A DNA stretch of 64,000 bases, taken from NCBI GenBank assembly GCA_964429585.1, contig CAYSCN010000009.1, forward strand, positions 3,816 through 67,815. The letters run 5' to 3'. The notes under the pieces are model-generated. The model ran no database searches. It was given only the letters and a program-made list of their open reading frames with translations, and was not told where the DNA came from. This DNA is from an uncultured bacterium (GTDB lineage Bacteria > Desulfobacterota > Deferrimicrobia > J040). How positions within the stretch are numbered: the first letter of the stretch is position 1; every line of letters starts with the position of its first letter. This document shows positions 39,295-48,611 of the stretch, piece after piece. The position numbers were made by a program, and so were the translations under genes.

Positions 39295-40293
39295 TTGGTT
39301 ACCCTTGGAATAGAGTCTTCCTGCGATGAGACCGCCGTCGCTCTCATAGACGGAGAGAGAAGGATACTCGCTGACTTCGTGCTTTCACAGGTGAAGGTCC
39401 ACTCGCGCTTTGGCGGAGTGGTTCCGGAACTCGCCTCCCGGGAACACCTGAAGTCCATAGTTCCCCTTTATAGAATGGCAATGGAGGAAGCGGGGCTCTC
39501 CCTCGATGACGTCGACCTGATAGCCGTCACCGAGGGTCCAGGCCTGATAGGTTCATTGCTTGTGGGTCTTTGCTTTGCCAAGGCGCTATCTTACTTCGGC
39601 GGGAAGCCGATTGTAGGCGTGGACCACGTCAGGGCCCACGTGTTCTCGGTGTTCTTCACTTCGCCGGTGGAGTTTCCCTTCATCTCCCTGGTTGTCTCAG
39701 GCGGACATACCGTCCTGTTCGAGGTCAGGGACTACGATGAAGTGATAACCCTGGGGCACACTCGGGACGACGCTGCCGGAGAGGCTTTCGACAAGGTGGC
39801 AAAACTGCTCGGTCTGGGTTATCCAGGCGGAGTCGAAATAGACAGGCTCTCCAGGGATGGTGATTCGTCGTTCGTCCAATTTCCCAGACCGTTTATGAGG
39901 GGGAAAAATCTGGAGTTCTCCTTCAGCGGACTTAAAACGGCCGTCCTCAACTACGTGCGAAGCGAGGGTTTGGAAAAGGTGAGGCGAAACATCGCGCACG
40001 TGTGCGCTTCGTTTCAGGAGGCGGTGGTGGATGTTCTCGTGGGCAAGCTGCTGCTTGCAGCATCCGATAGAGGAATAAGGAGGGTTTCGATTGCGGGAGG
40101 CGTGGCGGCAAATTCCAGGTTGAGGGAGAAGCTTATGGAGGCTTGCGAGCGCGAGGGTCTGGAGCTTCACCTTCCTGAAAGGAAGTTCTGCACGGACAAC
40201 GCTCTGATGGTGGCTTATCTCGGGCAGAGGCTTTACGATAAAGGGGTTGAATCCGGGCTGGATTTGAACGCCTACGCTAACATAAGATATTGA
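39295..40293 (+). CDS. tsaD: tRNA N6-adenosine threonylcarbamoyltransferase
   Basis: LGIESSCDET, GGVVPELASREH, VSGGHT, DDAAGEAFDK, FSFSGLKT, CTDNA. Confidence 0.96.
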   Translation: MVTLGIESSCDETAVALIDGERRILADFVLSQVKVHSRFGGVVPELASREHLKSIVPLYRMAMEEAGLSLDDVDLIAVTEGPGLIGSLLVGLCFAKALSYFGGKPIVGVDHVRAHVFSVFFTSPVEFPFISLVVSGGHTVLFEVRDYDEVITLGHTRDDAAGEAFDKVAKLLGLGYPGGVEIDRLSRDGDSSFVQFPRPFMRGKNLEFSFSGLKTAVLNYVRSEGLEKVRRNIAHVCASFQEAVVDVLVGKLLLAASDRGIRRVSIAGGVAANSRLREKLMEACEREGLELHLPERKFCTDNALMVAYLGQRLYDKGVESGLDLNAYANIRY

Positions 40294-40294
40294 C

Positions 40295-41164
40295 GTGGAG
40301 CACCCTTCCAAAATCCTTCGCGATATCGGTCTGAGGCCGCGGAAGTCCCTGGGCCAGAATTTTCTCGCCGACGGAAACGTGGCGAGGAAGATAGTCTCCA
40401 TTTGTGACGTTTTCGGGAAAGAGGTGCTAGAAATAGGCCCAGGCCTCGGAGCTCTGACGGAACTTTTGATCGATGCCTGCACCCTTCTTGTGGCGGTGGA
40501 GGTAGACCCGAGGCTGGCCGATTACCTTCGGAGTAAACTTTCTTGCGACAGGGCAAAGATCATCCATGCCGATTTTTTGGCGATAGATGAAGATGAGCTT
40601 TTCGGTTTTTTCGGGGGCCGCGGTGAGGTGATTCTGGTGGGGAACCTCCCTTACAGCATTTCCGGGCCGCTTCTGTTCAGGATTCTGTCCCTCAGGAAGA
40701 GAATAGGCCGTTGCTGTATCATGCTGCAGAAGGAAGTGGGTGAGAGGCTGGCGGCATCTCCAGGCGGGAAGGATTACGGAATACTTTCGGTTCTGTTCCA
40801 GGCAGTGGGGGCTGTCAGGAAACTCTTCCCCGTCAAGAGAACGTGTTTCTATCCGGTTCCGGAAGTGGATTCAACCGTTCTGGAAATAGTCTTTGACGCC
40901 GAGAGGGATGGGCGGATCTCCGATTTCGCACTGTTTTCGGAGCTGGTGAGTGCTGCCTTCGGAAAGAGGAGGAAGGTTCTCAAGAATTCCCTCAAGGATT
41001 TTCTTGGGAGGCTCGGGGTTGCTCCGGAGGCGGGCTGGGAGCTTTTGCTGGCTGCGGGAGTGGACCCGGGAGCCCGGGCCGAAGAGGTTCCCGTGGAGCG
41101 TTACGTGGAACTTGCCGAGGTGCTGAGGCAAAATCGCCTGGACAAGGGGGGAGGGGCGAATTAA
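40295..41164 (+). CDS. rsmA: 16S rRNA adenine dimethyltransferase
   Basis: KSLGQNFL, LEIGPGLG, GNLPY, MLQKEV, F.PVPEVDS. Confidence 0.95.
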   Translation: MEHPSKILRDIGLRPRKSLGQNFLADGNVARKIVSICDVFGKEVLEIGPGLGALTELLIDACTLLVAVEVDPRLADYLRSKLSCDRAKIIHADFLAIDEDELFGFFGGRGEVILVGNLPYSISGPLLFRILSLRKRIGRCCIMLQKEVGERLAASPGGKDYGILSVLFQAVGAVRKLFPVKRTCFYPVPEVDSTVLEIVFDAERDGRISDFALFSELVSAAFGKRRKVLKNSLKDFLGRLGVAPEAGWELLLAAGVDPGARAEEVPVERYVELAEVLRQNRLDKGGGAN

Positions 41165-41205
41165 AATTTGAAACCAGCTGACTTCCCGCGGGGAATCCGG
41201 AAAAG

Positions 41206-41880
41206 GTGAGCAGGGAGAAGGAAGGAAAGAGCGGCATCCTGGACAGGCCACGCTACATAGCGGTCGAAGGCCCGATAGGCGTGGGGAAGACGTCCCTCGC
41301 CAGATACCTGGCGAAGGTTTTTCAGGCCCGTCTCGTCCTGGAAGAGGCTGACAAAAACCCGTTCCTCGAGAGGTTCTACGAGGACAGGGAAAAATACGCC
41401 TTCCAGACCCAGATATTTTTTCTCCTTTCCAGATACAGGCAGCAGAGAGAACTCCTTCAGGGCAACCTGTTCGAGATGAACGTGGTCAGCGATTACATAT
41501 TCCAGAAAGACAAGATTTTCGCTTACATCAACCTCGAGGAGGACGAGCTTAAGCTTTACGAATCTCTTTACAGGCTCCTTGGCGCCAACGTGCCCAGGCC
41601 GGACCTGGTAATCTACCTGCAGGCGAAGCCGGAGGTGCTTTTGGCGAGAATAAAAAAGAGGAGCCATCCCTTCGAAAAGAACATTTCCCTTGACTATCTC
41701 AAGACTTTGAGCGAAGCTTATAATGAATTTTTCTTCCATTACAGGGAAACTCCGCTTCTGGTGGTGAACACCTCGGAGATAGATTTTGTCGAGTCGAAGA
41801 GGGACCTTGAGCATATAATAAAAGAGATAAAAAACATAAAGAAAGGGGTCCAGCATTACATACCGCTTGGATCCAGGTGA
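41206..41880 (+). CDS. Deoxynucleoside kinase
   Basis: IAVEGPIGVGKTSL, NPFLERFY, QIFFLLSR, PDLVIYL. Confidence 0.92.
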   Translation: MSREKEGKSGILDRPRYIAVEGPIGVGKTSLARYLAKVFQARLVLEEADKNPFLERFYEDREKYAFQTQIFFLLSRYRQQRELLQGNLFEMNVVSDYIFQKDKIFAYINLEEDELKLYESLYRLLGANVPRPDLVIYLQAKPEVLLARIKKRSHPFEKNISLDYLKTLSEAYNEFFFHYRETPLLVVNTSEIDFVESKRDLEHIIKEIKNIKKGVQHYIPLGSR

Positions 41881-41975
41881 TCTGGACCGAGACGGAAGCT
41901 TCTCAAAGGACCGAGTTAAACGAATAATAGAATAGCTTTGAGTGGGAAGCCTTCCGTCTGGAAGGCTTTTTTTTT
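41872..41975 (+). promoter_or_regulatory. panB leader with terminator/antiterminator (pan RNA motif-like attenuator)
   Basis: Terminator AAGCCTTCC-GTCT-GGAAGGCTT+T-tract (41947-41975); its 5' arm CTTCCGTCT can alternatively pair with upstream AGACGGAAG (41890-41898); the pan RNA motif is known upstream of pan operons. Confidence 0.7.
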
Positions 41976-41987
41976 GAGGGGGTGGCG

Positions 41988-42797
41988 ATGAAGAAAGTGA
42001 GCGTTCTCGATATCAGGCGGATGAAGGCGGAAGGCGAGAAGATAGTGATGATAACGGCATACGAATACGCGTTCGCGAAGATATTCGATCCTCTTGTGGA
42101 GATCATTCTGGTGGGCGATTCCCTGGGGACCGTTGTCTACGGTTACGATACTACTCTTCCCGTCACGATGGAGGACATGATAAGGCATACCCAGGCGGTT
42201 GCCAGGGGGCGAAACAGGGCCTTTCTGGTGGCTGACATGCCCTTTATGAGCTTCCAGGTATCGGTTGACAGAGCTGTGGAGAACGCCTGCCTCCTGGTGA
42301 AGGAAGGCGGTGCCGAAGCAGTGAAGCTGGAAGGGGGCGTGAGCGTGTTCAATACGATAGAGAGAATCACTTCGTTCGACATACCTGTGATGGGACATGT
42401 GGGGTTGACTCCTCAATCCATTCACCGCATGGGCGGTTACAGGATACAGGGAAAGGAAGAAGAGGCGCGGAAGAAGCTTCTCGAGGACGCGAAGGCGGTA
42501 GAAGAGGCTGGGGCGTTCTCCGTTGTTCTCGAGGGCATCCCTGCGGAGGTCGCCGCGGAGATAACCGAATCGTTGTCCATACCGACCATAGGCATAGGCG
42601 CGGGACCTCACTGCGACGGTCAGGTCCTGGTCATGCACGACCTTCTGGGCCTTTTCTTCGATTTCACCCCGAAGTTCGTGAAAAGGTACGCGGATCTCAA
42701 GCCTGTGATCGAAAGAGCGGTTTCAGACTTCGCCAGAGAAGTCAAGGAAGGAAAGTTTCCAGACAAGGAGCACTCCTTTTTCCTGGAGGGCAAGTGA
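41988..42797 (+). CDS. panB: 3-methyl-2-oxobutanoate hydroxymethyltransferase
   Basis: [40 protein letters not shown]. Confidence 0.97.
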   Translation: MKKVSVLDIRRMKAEGEKIVMITAYEYAFAKIFDPLVEIILVGDSLGTVVYGYDTTLPVTMEDMIRHTQAVARGRNRAFLVADMPFMSFQVSVDRAVENACLLVKEGGAEAVKLEGGVSVFNTIERITSFDIPVMGHVGLTPQSIHRMGGYRIQGKEEEARKKLLEDAKAVEEAGAFSVVLEGIPAEVAAEITESLSIPTIGIGAGPHCDGQVLVMHDLLGLFFDFTPKFVKRYADLKPVIERAVSDFAREVKEGKFPDKEHSFFLEGK

Positions 42798-43642
42798 TGG
42801 AAATTGTGAGGGAACCCGAAGAGATGCAGAAATTGGCGGACAGGTTCCGCTTCGAAGGGAAGAGAATAGGACTGGTTCCAACCATGGGTTATCTTCATGA
42901 GGCGCATCTTTCGCTTGTCAGGAAGGCGAAGGAACACGCGGATGTGGTCGTCGTTTCAATATTCGTGAATCCCACTCAGTTCGGTCCCGGCGAGGACTTC
43001 GAGCGTTACCCCAGGGACGAGGAGGGCGACAGGAAGAAGCTGGAGGCGGAGGGCGTGGACGTGCTGTTCTCCCCATCTGTTGAAGCCATGTATCCCCGGG
43101 GATATCAGACGTATGTGGAAGTTACGGAGGTTTCCAGAGGGCTTTGCGGTGACTTCAGGCCCGGCCACTTCAGAGGGGTTGCCACCGTTGTTGCGAAGCT
43201 ATTCAACATAGTGAAGCCTCACGTGGCGGTTTTCGGCGAGAAGGACTATCAGCAGCTCATCGTTTTGAAGAGGATGACGGAAGACCTCAACTTCGACGTG
43301 GAAATAATCCCCGGCGAGCTGATAAGGGAAAAGGATGGACTGGCCATGAGCTCCAGAAATGTATATCTTTCCCCGGAGGAGAGGGAACGCGCCCTCATTC
43401 TATCGAGGGCTCTTTTCACGGGAAAGGAGCTTTATGAGAACGGAGAGAGGGACGCAGAAACCATAAGAAATGCCGTAAGGGAGATGATAGAGGCCCAGGA
43501 AGGGGTGACGCTCCAGTATGTCGAGGTGAGGGACGCCGAGACGCTGGAGAAAATAGACAGGATAGAGAAGCCCGCGGTCATCGCGGTGGCTGCAATCGTG
43601 GGGCCCGCGAGGCTAATAGATAACGTAGTTATAGGGAGGTAG
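42797..43642 (+). CDS. panC: Pantoate-beta-alanine ligase
   Basis: [50 protein letters not shown]. Confidence 0.97.
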   Translation: MEIVREPEEMQKLADRFRFEGKRIGLVPTMGYLHEAHLSLVRKAKEHADVVVVSIFVNPTQFGPGEDFERYPRDEEGDRKKLEAEGVDVLFSPSVEAMYPRGYQTYVEVTEVSRGLCGDFRPGHFRGVATVVAKLFNIVKPHVAVFGEKDYQQLIVLKRMTEDLNFDVEIIPGELIREKDGLAMSSRNVYLSPEERERALILSRALFTGKELYENGERDAETIRNAVREMIEAQEGVTLQYVEVRDAETLEKIDRIEKPAVIAVAAIVGPARLIDNVVIGR

Positions 43643-43647
43643 CCAAA

Positions 43648-44016
43648 GTGAAGAGGATCATGCTGAAATCCAAGATTCACAGGGCAACAGTGACCGATGC
43701 GGATCTTAACTACGAGGGGAGCATCACGGTCGACGAAGACCTGATGGATGCGGCTAAGCTGGTGGAATACGAGCAGGTCGACATCTACAACATCTCCAAC
43801 GGTGCCAGGTTCTCGACCTACGTGATCAAAGGAGAGAGGGGCAAGGGAGACATATGCCTGAACGGCGCCGCCGCGAGGCTCGTATCCAAAGGAGACCTGA
43901 TAATCATCTGCTCCTATTCCGTCTACGACGAGGAGGAGGTGAAGAAGCACTCCCCCGCCCTGATTTTCGTGGACGAGAGAAACAGGATCAAGTCTCTCAA
44001 AGTGGCGAATTCGTGA
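43648..44016 (+). CDS. panD: Aspartate 1-decarboxylase
   Basis: [38 protein letters not shown]. Confidence 0.97.
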   Translation: MKRIMLKSKIHRATVTDADLNYEGSITVDEDLMDAAKLVEYEQVDIYNISNGARFSTYVIKGERGKGDICLNGAAARLVSKGDLIIICSYSVYDEEEVKKHSPALIFVDERNRIKSLKVANS

Positions 44017-44048
44017 GCGTTTCCCTCCACTGGTAGGGTGGGGGTGAT

Positions 44049-45323
44049 ATGAAAAACGGAAATTTCCTCCTGACAGCTTCTCACCTCGTGGTCTCCCCGG
44101 AGAAAGTTTTCTCTCCAGGGGGGCTCATAATTTCCGAAGGGCGGGTGCTCTTCTCCGGAGATGCGGCGAGAGCCCGTCTGTTTGCTCCTTCTGACTTTGA
44201 GAAAGTCGATCTCCCCGAGTGCGTCGTTCTCCCGGGTTTCGTCAACGCACACACGCACCTGTGCATCCCCGAGGTTGGGAGAGACAGGGGCGGAGACTTC
44301 GTGGGCTGGATACTCGAGGTCATGAAGTGGAGACTTTTTGCCACCGACGAGGAAATGAGAAAAAACGTGAGATGCGCCCTCGAAGAATGCGCCAGGTCGG
44401 GTGTGACACTTGTGGGCGATATCTCCTACGGAATTCCGGGACAGTACGATGGGCTCGAGCAAAGAGTCAGGAGTTTCGTGGAAGTCATAGGGCTTTCTAG
44501 GGCCAGGTGGGAGGAGACTAAGGAGAGAGCGGTGGAGGTCATATCGGCAATGGGCGCAGGCGACTTTCGTCTCCGCCCGGGGCTTTCTCCCCATGGACTT
44601 TACACCACAGGCAGGGGATGCTTCGAGTGGGTGAGGGAGTATGCTGCAAGAGAAGACTTGCCCGTTCAGGTACACTTCTGTGAGTCGGTCGAGGAGATGG
44701 CTTTTTTCTCGGACGGTTCGGGTCCTCTTCAGGACAGGATTTACGGGCCGCTTGGTCTGGATATGGACGATTTCGAGCCTTACGGTGACGATCTGGTAGA
44801 TGTGGCTTCGCGGATTCTCCCGCCAAAAGCGACGCTGGTGCACGGCACGTATCTGACGCCCCATCAGGTTGGAGAACTCGGGAGGAAGGGGTTCGGATTC
44901 GTGATTTGCGTTAGATCCAACAGGTTTTTGACGGGGACCGTGCCTCCGGTTTCGGAGATGATGGATGGGGGAATGCCCCTGGCCATCGGGACGGACAGCA
45001 GGGGTTCTGGCGGTACGCTGAATATGTTCGACGAGCTGAGGGCTGTGGCTGATGCCTATCACGGAAAGCTCAAAGCGTCCGAATTTTATCCCGAGCTTTT
45101 GGGGGCAGCCACGAAGGGTGGAGCGAAAATTTTGAGGTTCCACGACGTGACCGGGACGCTGGAAGAAGAGAAACGTGCCGATTTCCAGGTGCTGGAGCTT
45201 CACGCGAAAGAAAAGGCGCTCTTTTCGAGGCTCCTCGAGCTGGGGGAGCCCTCGCGTGTGCTCTCTCTTTTCGTCGACGGCAAGCCTCTGTTTGGTGGGG
45301 ATGCTCTTGGATTTCCAGTATAA
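44049..45323 (+). CDS. Metal-dependent amidohydrolase (deaminase family, aminodeoxyfutalosine/MTA deaminase-like)
   Basis: PGFVNAHTHL, SPHGLYT, HFCES, LVHG, IGTDS. Confidence 0.8.
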   Translation: MKNGNFLLTASHLVVSPEKVFSPGGLIISEGRVLFSGDAARARLFAPSDFEKVDLPECVVLPGFVNAHTHLCIPEVGRDRGGDFVGWILEVMKWRLFATDEEMRKNVRCALEECARSGVTLVGDISYGIPGQYDGLEQRVRSFVEVIGLSRARWEETKERAVEVISAMGAGDFRLRPGLSPHGLYTTGRGCFEWVREYAAREDLPVQVHFCESVEEMAFFSDGSGPLQDRIYGPLGLDMDDFEPYGDDLVDVASRILPPKATLVHGTYLTPHQVGELGRKGFGFVICVRSNRFLTGTVPPVSEMMDGGMPLAIGTDSRGSGGTLNMFDELRAVADAYHGKLKASEFYPELLGAATKGGAKILRFHDVTGTLEEEKRADFQVLELHAKEKALFSRLLELGEPSRVLSLFVDGKPLFGGDALGFPV

Positions 45324-45332
45324 TTGGGAGTC

Positions 45333-45794
45333 ATGGAAAGGATAAGAACCATAGCGGTCAACAGGAGAGCCAGAAGGGACTTCGAGATTCTCGAGACCTT
45401 CGAGGCTGGCATAGTGCTGGAGGGGAGCGAGGTCAAGTCGATCCGACTTGGTAAGGTGAATATAAAGGACAGCTTCGCCAGAGTGAAGGATGGCGAGGTT
45501 TTCGTCCACAACATGCACATCACTCCGTACACTCACGCCGACAGGAGATTCGTCGACCCCGACAGGACCAGGAAGCTTCTGTTGAAGAAAAAGGAGATAA
45601 ACTACCTCCTCGGCAAGACGAGGGAAAAGGGGCTCACTCTAATTCCCCTCAAGGTCTACATCAAGGGCAGATATGTGAAGCTGGAGCTTGGCCTGGCGAA
45701 GGGAAAGAGAAAGTTCGACCGGAGAGATGACATCAAGGAGCGCGAGGCTAGGAGGGAGATGGACAGAGCGCTCAAGAAGAAACTCAGATCTTGA
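45333..45794 (+). CDS. smpB: SsrA-binding protein
   Basis: NRRAR.DF, EAGIVLEGSEVKS, RTRKLLL, AKGKRKFDRR. Confidence 0.96.
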   Translation: MERIRTIAVNRRARRDFEILETFEAGIVLEGSEVKSIRLGKVNIKDSFARVKDGEVFVHNMHITPYTHADRRFVDPDRTRKLLLKKKEINYLLGKTREKGLTLIPLKVYIKGRYVKLELGLAKGKRKFDRRDDIKEREARREMDRALKKKLRS

Positions 45795-45810
45795 GACTTG
45801 CCGAGGCCCC

Positions 45811-46271
45811 GGGCCACCGAACTACCGATATATCAAGCACGAAATTCTAAATCCGAAGCACGAAACAAATCCGAAATTCAAATGTCCAAAACATGGAATG
45901 AGAGATGATCCGTAGTTGTGTAGTTGCGTAGCTGCGTGGTTGGGTGTGGTTTTTCGCAACTACGATAACCACGCAACCACGTATCCACGAACCGTTTTTA
46001 CCGCAAGTCGGTTCGTAGTTGAGTGGTTGAGTAGTTGGGTAGTTGCGCGGGTTTTACACAATCACGCAGCTACACAACCACGTATCTACGGACCAAGCTT
46101 ATACTGCGTTTCGGTCATTTGAATCTGCGTATTCGAATTTGTTTTGTATTTCGTGCTTAGGATTTAGAATTTAATCAATTCCGCATTCTGCAATCCGAAT
46201 TCCGAATTACCAGATGAGCAATCGCCGGCGGCTCGGAAGTTCGGTGGTTCGGATGATCGGCGGTTCGGTGA
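45811..46271. repeat. Modular repeat locus 4: nested C[B[A][A]B][D]C palindrome
   Basis: B arms 45835-45892 and 46108-46172 are inverted copies; two A hairpins 45907-45993 and 46010-46094; D tract 46178-46208; C tracts at both outer ends. Confidence 0.85.
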
Positions 46272-46346
46272 TTATTTTTGCAACCAATTCCCAATTAGCT
46301 GCATCCTAAAGGGCAAAACCAAACAATAATCACAGGAGGGGAAAAT

Positions 46347-46952
46347 ATGAGCGAACACGTACCCGTCAAGGTTGGACAGGAAGTTCCCGACTTCACGATT
46401 GAGATTTACGACCCAGTCAAGGGAGATTTCGGAGAAATCAGCCTGTCTACGCTCAAATCCCAGAAGAAGTGGACCATTTTGTTCTTCTATCCCGCGGATT
46501 TCACCTTCGTTTGCCCGACGGAGCTGGCGGATCTGGCCGAAAAGTATGACGAGATAAAGGCGAACAACGGAGAGGTGATAAGCGTAAGCACCGACACCAA
46601 ATACGTCCACCTGGCCTGGCACAACGACGAGAAACTCTTGGAAAACGTCAAGTTCCCAATGGGCGCCGACCCGACAGGGAAGATTTCCAGGCTCTTCGGG
46701 GTCTACGACGAGGAATCCGGGCTCGCGCTGAGGGGGACGTTCATAATCAGCCCCGATGGAAGGCTCGTGTCCTCTGAAGTGAACTTTTTCAACGTGGGCA
46801 GGAATTCGGATGAGCTGCTCAGAAAGTTCCACTGCAACACCTATCTCTCCGCGCACACCGACGAGGCCTGTCCGGCGAAGTGGACAAAGGGACAGAAGAC
46901 GCTGAAGCCATCTGCCAAGCTCGTCGGGAAGGTTTACGAGGAGTTGTCCTGA
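46347..46952 (+). CDS. Peroxiredoxin (AhpC/Prx1 type)
   Basis: FYPADFTFVCPTE, ALRGTFII, VGRN, resolving ACPAKW. Confidence 0.93.
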   Translation: MSEHVPVKVGQEVPDFTIEIYDPVKGDFGEISLSTLKSQKKWTILFFYPADFTFVCPTELADLAEKYDEIKANNGEVISVSTDTKYVHLAWHNDEKLLENVKFPMGADPTGKISRLFGVYDEESGLALRGTFIISPDGRLVSSEVNFFNVGRNSDELLRKFHCNTYLSAHTDEACPAKWTKGQKTLKPSAKLVGKVYEELS

Positions 46953-46996
46953 CAAAAAGCCCCCATCCCCCCCTTCTGGTGTAACCACCAGATAGG

Positions 46997-47025
46997 ACCC
47001 CGGGCTTAAAGCCCGGGGTTTTTTT
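46997..47025 (+). terminator. Rho-independent terminator after the peroxiredoxin gene
   Basis: ACCCCGGGCTT-A-AAGCCCGGGGT + T-tract. Confidence 0.85.
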
Positions 47026-47068
47026 GTTCTTTTTCGTATTCAGGAGGCGCTTCGGAGACGAGCCTTTA

Positions 47069-47902
47069 TCACTTCGGGCAGGAGGGGAGCTTTCTCTCAA
47101 GCCCGAACTTCCAGGTGAACCCCACCGATGCCTGAAAGTCGCCCGATTCTTCGGTGAGACCTGCCGCGACGGATGCATCTAGCAGTATCCCCAGGAAAGG
47201 AGTGGCGATTCCCCCGCGAATGAAAAGCCTGTCGTTACCGTATCTGGAAAATTCGACGCCCTCGACCTCCAGACCCACGGCTGTATTTTCTCCCGCCGGA
47301 AATATCAGACCCACCTTGTAAATGAGCACATCATCCTGTTTGGTTTCAGTAGCCTCCGGGTTACCCAGTATCGCGAAATCGGTATTCACCAGAAGCTTTA
47401 CCTTATCGAATTTCTTCTCGAAAACTCCCCCGACGAAGAAGTCCGTCTGGTCCGTGCCGAATTCCTTGGTGTCGTCGGCATTGGGGAGCTTGACCGCAAA
47501 TTTTATGGCGGAAACGGGAAGATGCCTGGTTTCGGTGAGAAACCTGAAGACGCCTCCTATTTTCAGGTCCCCGGAACCGTATTCGTAGGACTGGCCGTCC
47601 TGTTTCATGTAGAGGAAAGGGTAGCAGAATAGGAGCTCCACGTTTGGCGAGACTCCGATGGCCACGTCGATGATGGGAAGGTGGAATTCTTTCCTGTTCT
47701 TGTCAACCTCCTGGAAGAGGAGACGTTCTCCATGATTGTAGTCCACGGCCACTCGGATTCTCTGTTCGCCGAATGGCGTGGTGACGGGAGAGAGACTCTT
47801 CAGGGGAAACTGGAATTCCGCTCTGGATGTTCCTGTGGCGTTGACGAGATAGAGCGTAGCGAAGATGAGGGTCGCCACGGCTCTCAGGATTGCGCGTTTC
47901 AT
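47069..47902 (-). CDS. Putative outer membrane beta-barrel transporter (Phenol_MetA_deg-like)
   Basis: Signal peptide; GSGDLKIG, AVKLPNA..FGTDQTD, amphipathic strands ending VGFTWKF. Confidence 0.6.
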   Translation of the reverse strand: MKRAILRAVATLIFATLYLVNATGTSRAEFQFPLKSLSPVTTPFGEQRIRVAVDYNHGERLLFQEVDKNRKEFHLPIIDVAIGVSPNVELLFCYPFLYMKQDGQSYEYGSGDLKIGGVFRFLTETRHLPVSAIKFAVKLPNADDTKEFGTDQTDFFVGGVFEKKFDKVKLLVNTDFAILGNPEATETKQDDVLIYKVGLIFPAGENTAVGLEVEGVEFSRYGNDRLFIRGGIATPFLGILLDASVAAGLTEESGDFQASVGFTWKFGLERKLPSCPK

Positions 47903-47903
47903 C

Positions 47904-48581
47904 CTATTCGACCTCCTCGAAGATGCTCCAGTCGAGAACCTTGATCTGGGGCCCTTTCACCTCTATGAGCCCTTTTTCTGTCATCCTTTTCAACATCCGG
48001 GAGAATGTCTCTGGAGCGGCGTGGATTTTGGAAGCAATTACCGATTTTTCCACGTCGAATCTGATGACCTGACCGTCCCCCGGTGGAATTCCCTCTTTCT
48101 CTGCGGTTTCTTTGAGGAATTTGATGAATCTCTCTTCCACGTCTCTAAGCGTCAGATCTTCCACCAGGTCTACCATGCGCCTGAGCCAGATGGAGAGAGA
48201 CCTGAGTATTTGCAGACTCAGCTCGTGGTTTTCTTTCAGGGCGGAGAGCAACTCTTTTTTGGGGACGAAAACCAGCGTGGTGTCTGTGAGGGTCCTGCAC
48301 GATGCGGGGTACTCGTTTCCTCCGAAGACCGCTGCCTCGGCGAAGGTGTGGGGCGGTTCGACTATGTGGAGTATCTGTTCCTTCCCCTCGTATGACGTCT
48401 TGAAAACGGCGACCTTTCCTTCGACGACGGCGTAGAACCCCTTTGCTTTTTCGCCTTCTGAGAAGATGAGGGTTTTTCTGGGGAATTTGACGAGTTTCGA
48501 AAACGACGAGACGAGTTCCAGGTTTTCAGGGCTTATGCCCTCGAAAATGGGTGTTCTTTTCAGGTAGTCCCTTACATTCAT
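47904..48581 (-). CDS. Crp/Fnr family transcriptional regulator (no Fe-S Cys cluster)
   Basis: IFSEGE, GKEQIL, FAEAAVF...YPAS, HTH IASKIHAAPETFSRML. Confidence 0.9.
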   Translation of the reverse strand: MNVRDYLKRTPIFEGISPENLELVSSFSKLVKFPRKTLIFSEGEKAKGFYAVVEGKVAVFKTSYEGKEQILHIVEPPHTFAEAAVFGGNEYPASCRTLTDTTLVFVPKKELLSALKENHELSLQILRSLSIWLRRMVDLVEDLTLRDVEERFIKFLKETAEKEGIPPGDGQVIRFDVEKSVIASKIHAAPETFSRMLKRMTEKGLIEVKGPQIKVLDWSIFEEVE

Positions 48582-48611
48582 GAGATGAAATTTACATCAA
48601 ATGGGCGCCAA

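Noticed and set aside
43923-45536. 537-aa minus-strand ORF
   Set aside because: It is the antisense shadow of the amidohydrolase and smpB genes and has no recognisable motifs
45916-46122. Small ORFs sharing the peptide RN(H/Y)DNHATT(Y/H)PRT (also 52424-52732, 58416-58664; similar at 25577-25897, 28104-28328)
   Set aside because: They are translations of the repeat DNA, with inconsistent starts and lengths and no RBS; useful only as evidence for the repeat family
45795-46340. tmRNA (ssrA) next to smpB
   Set aside because: There is no GGGG 5' end, TPsiC arm/CCA end or tag reading frame; the gap is explained by the nested repeat
46347-46952. Selenocysteine recoding in the peroxiredoxin or msrA
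   Set aside because: Both have ordinary Cys codons at the catalytic positions and no in-frame TGA
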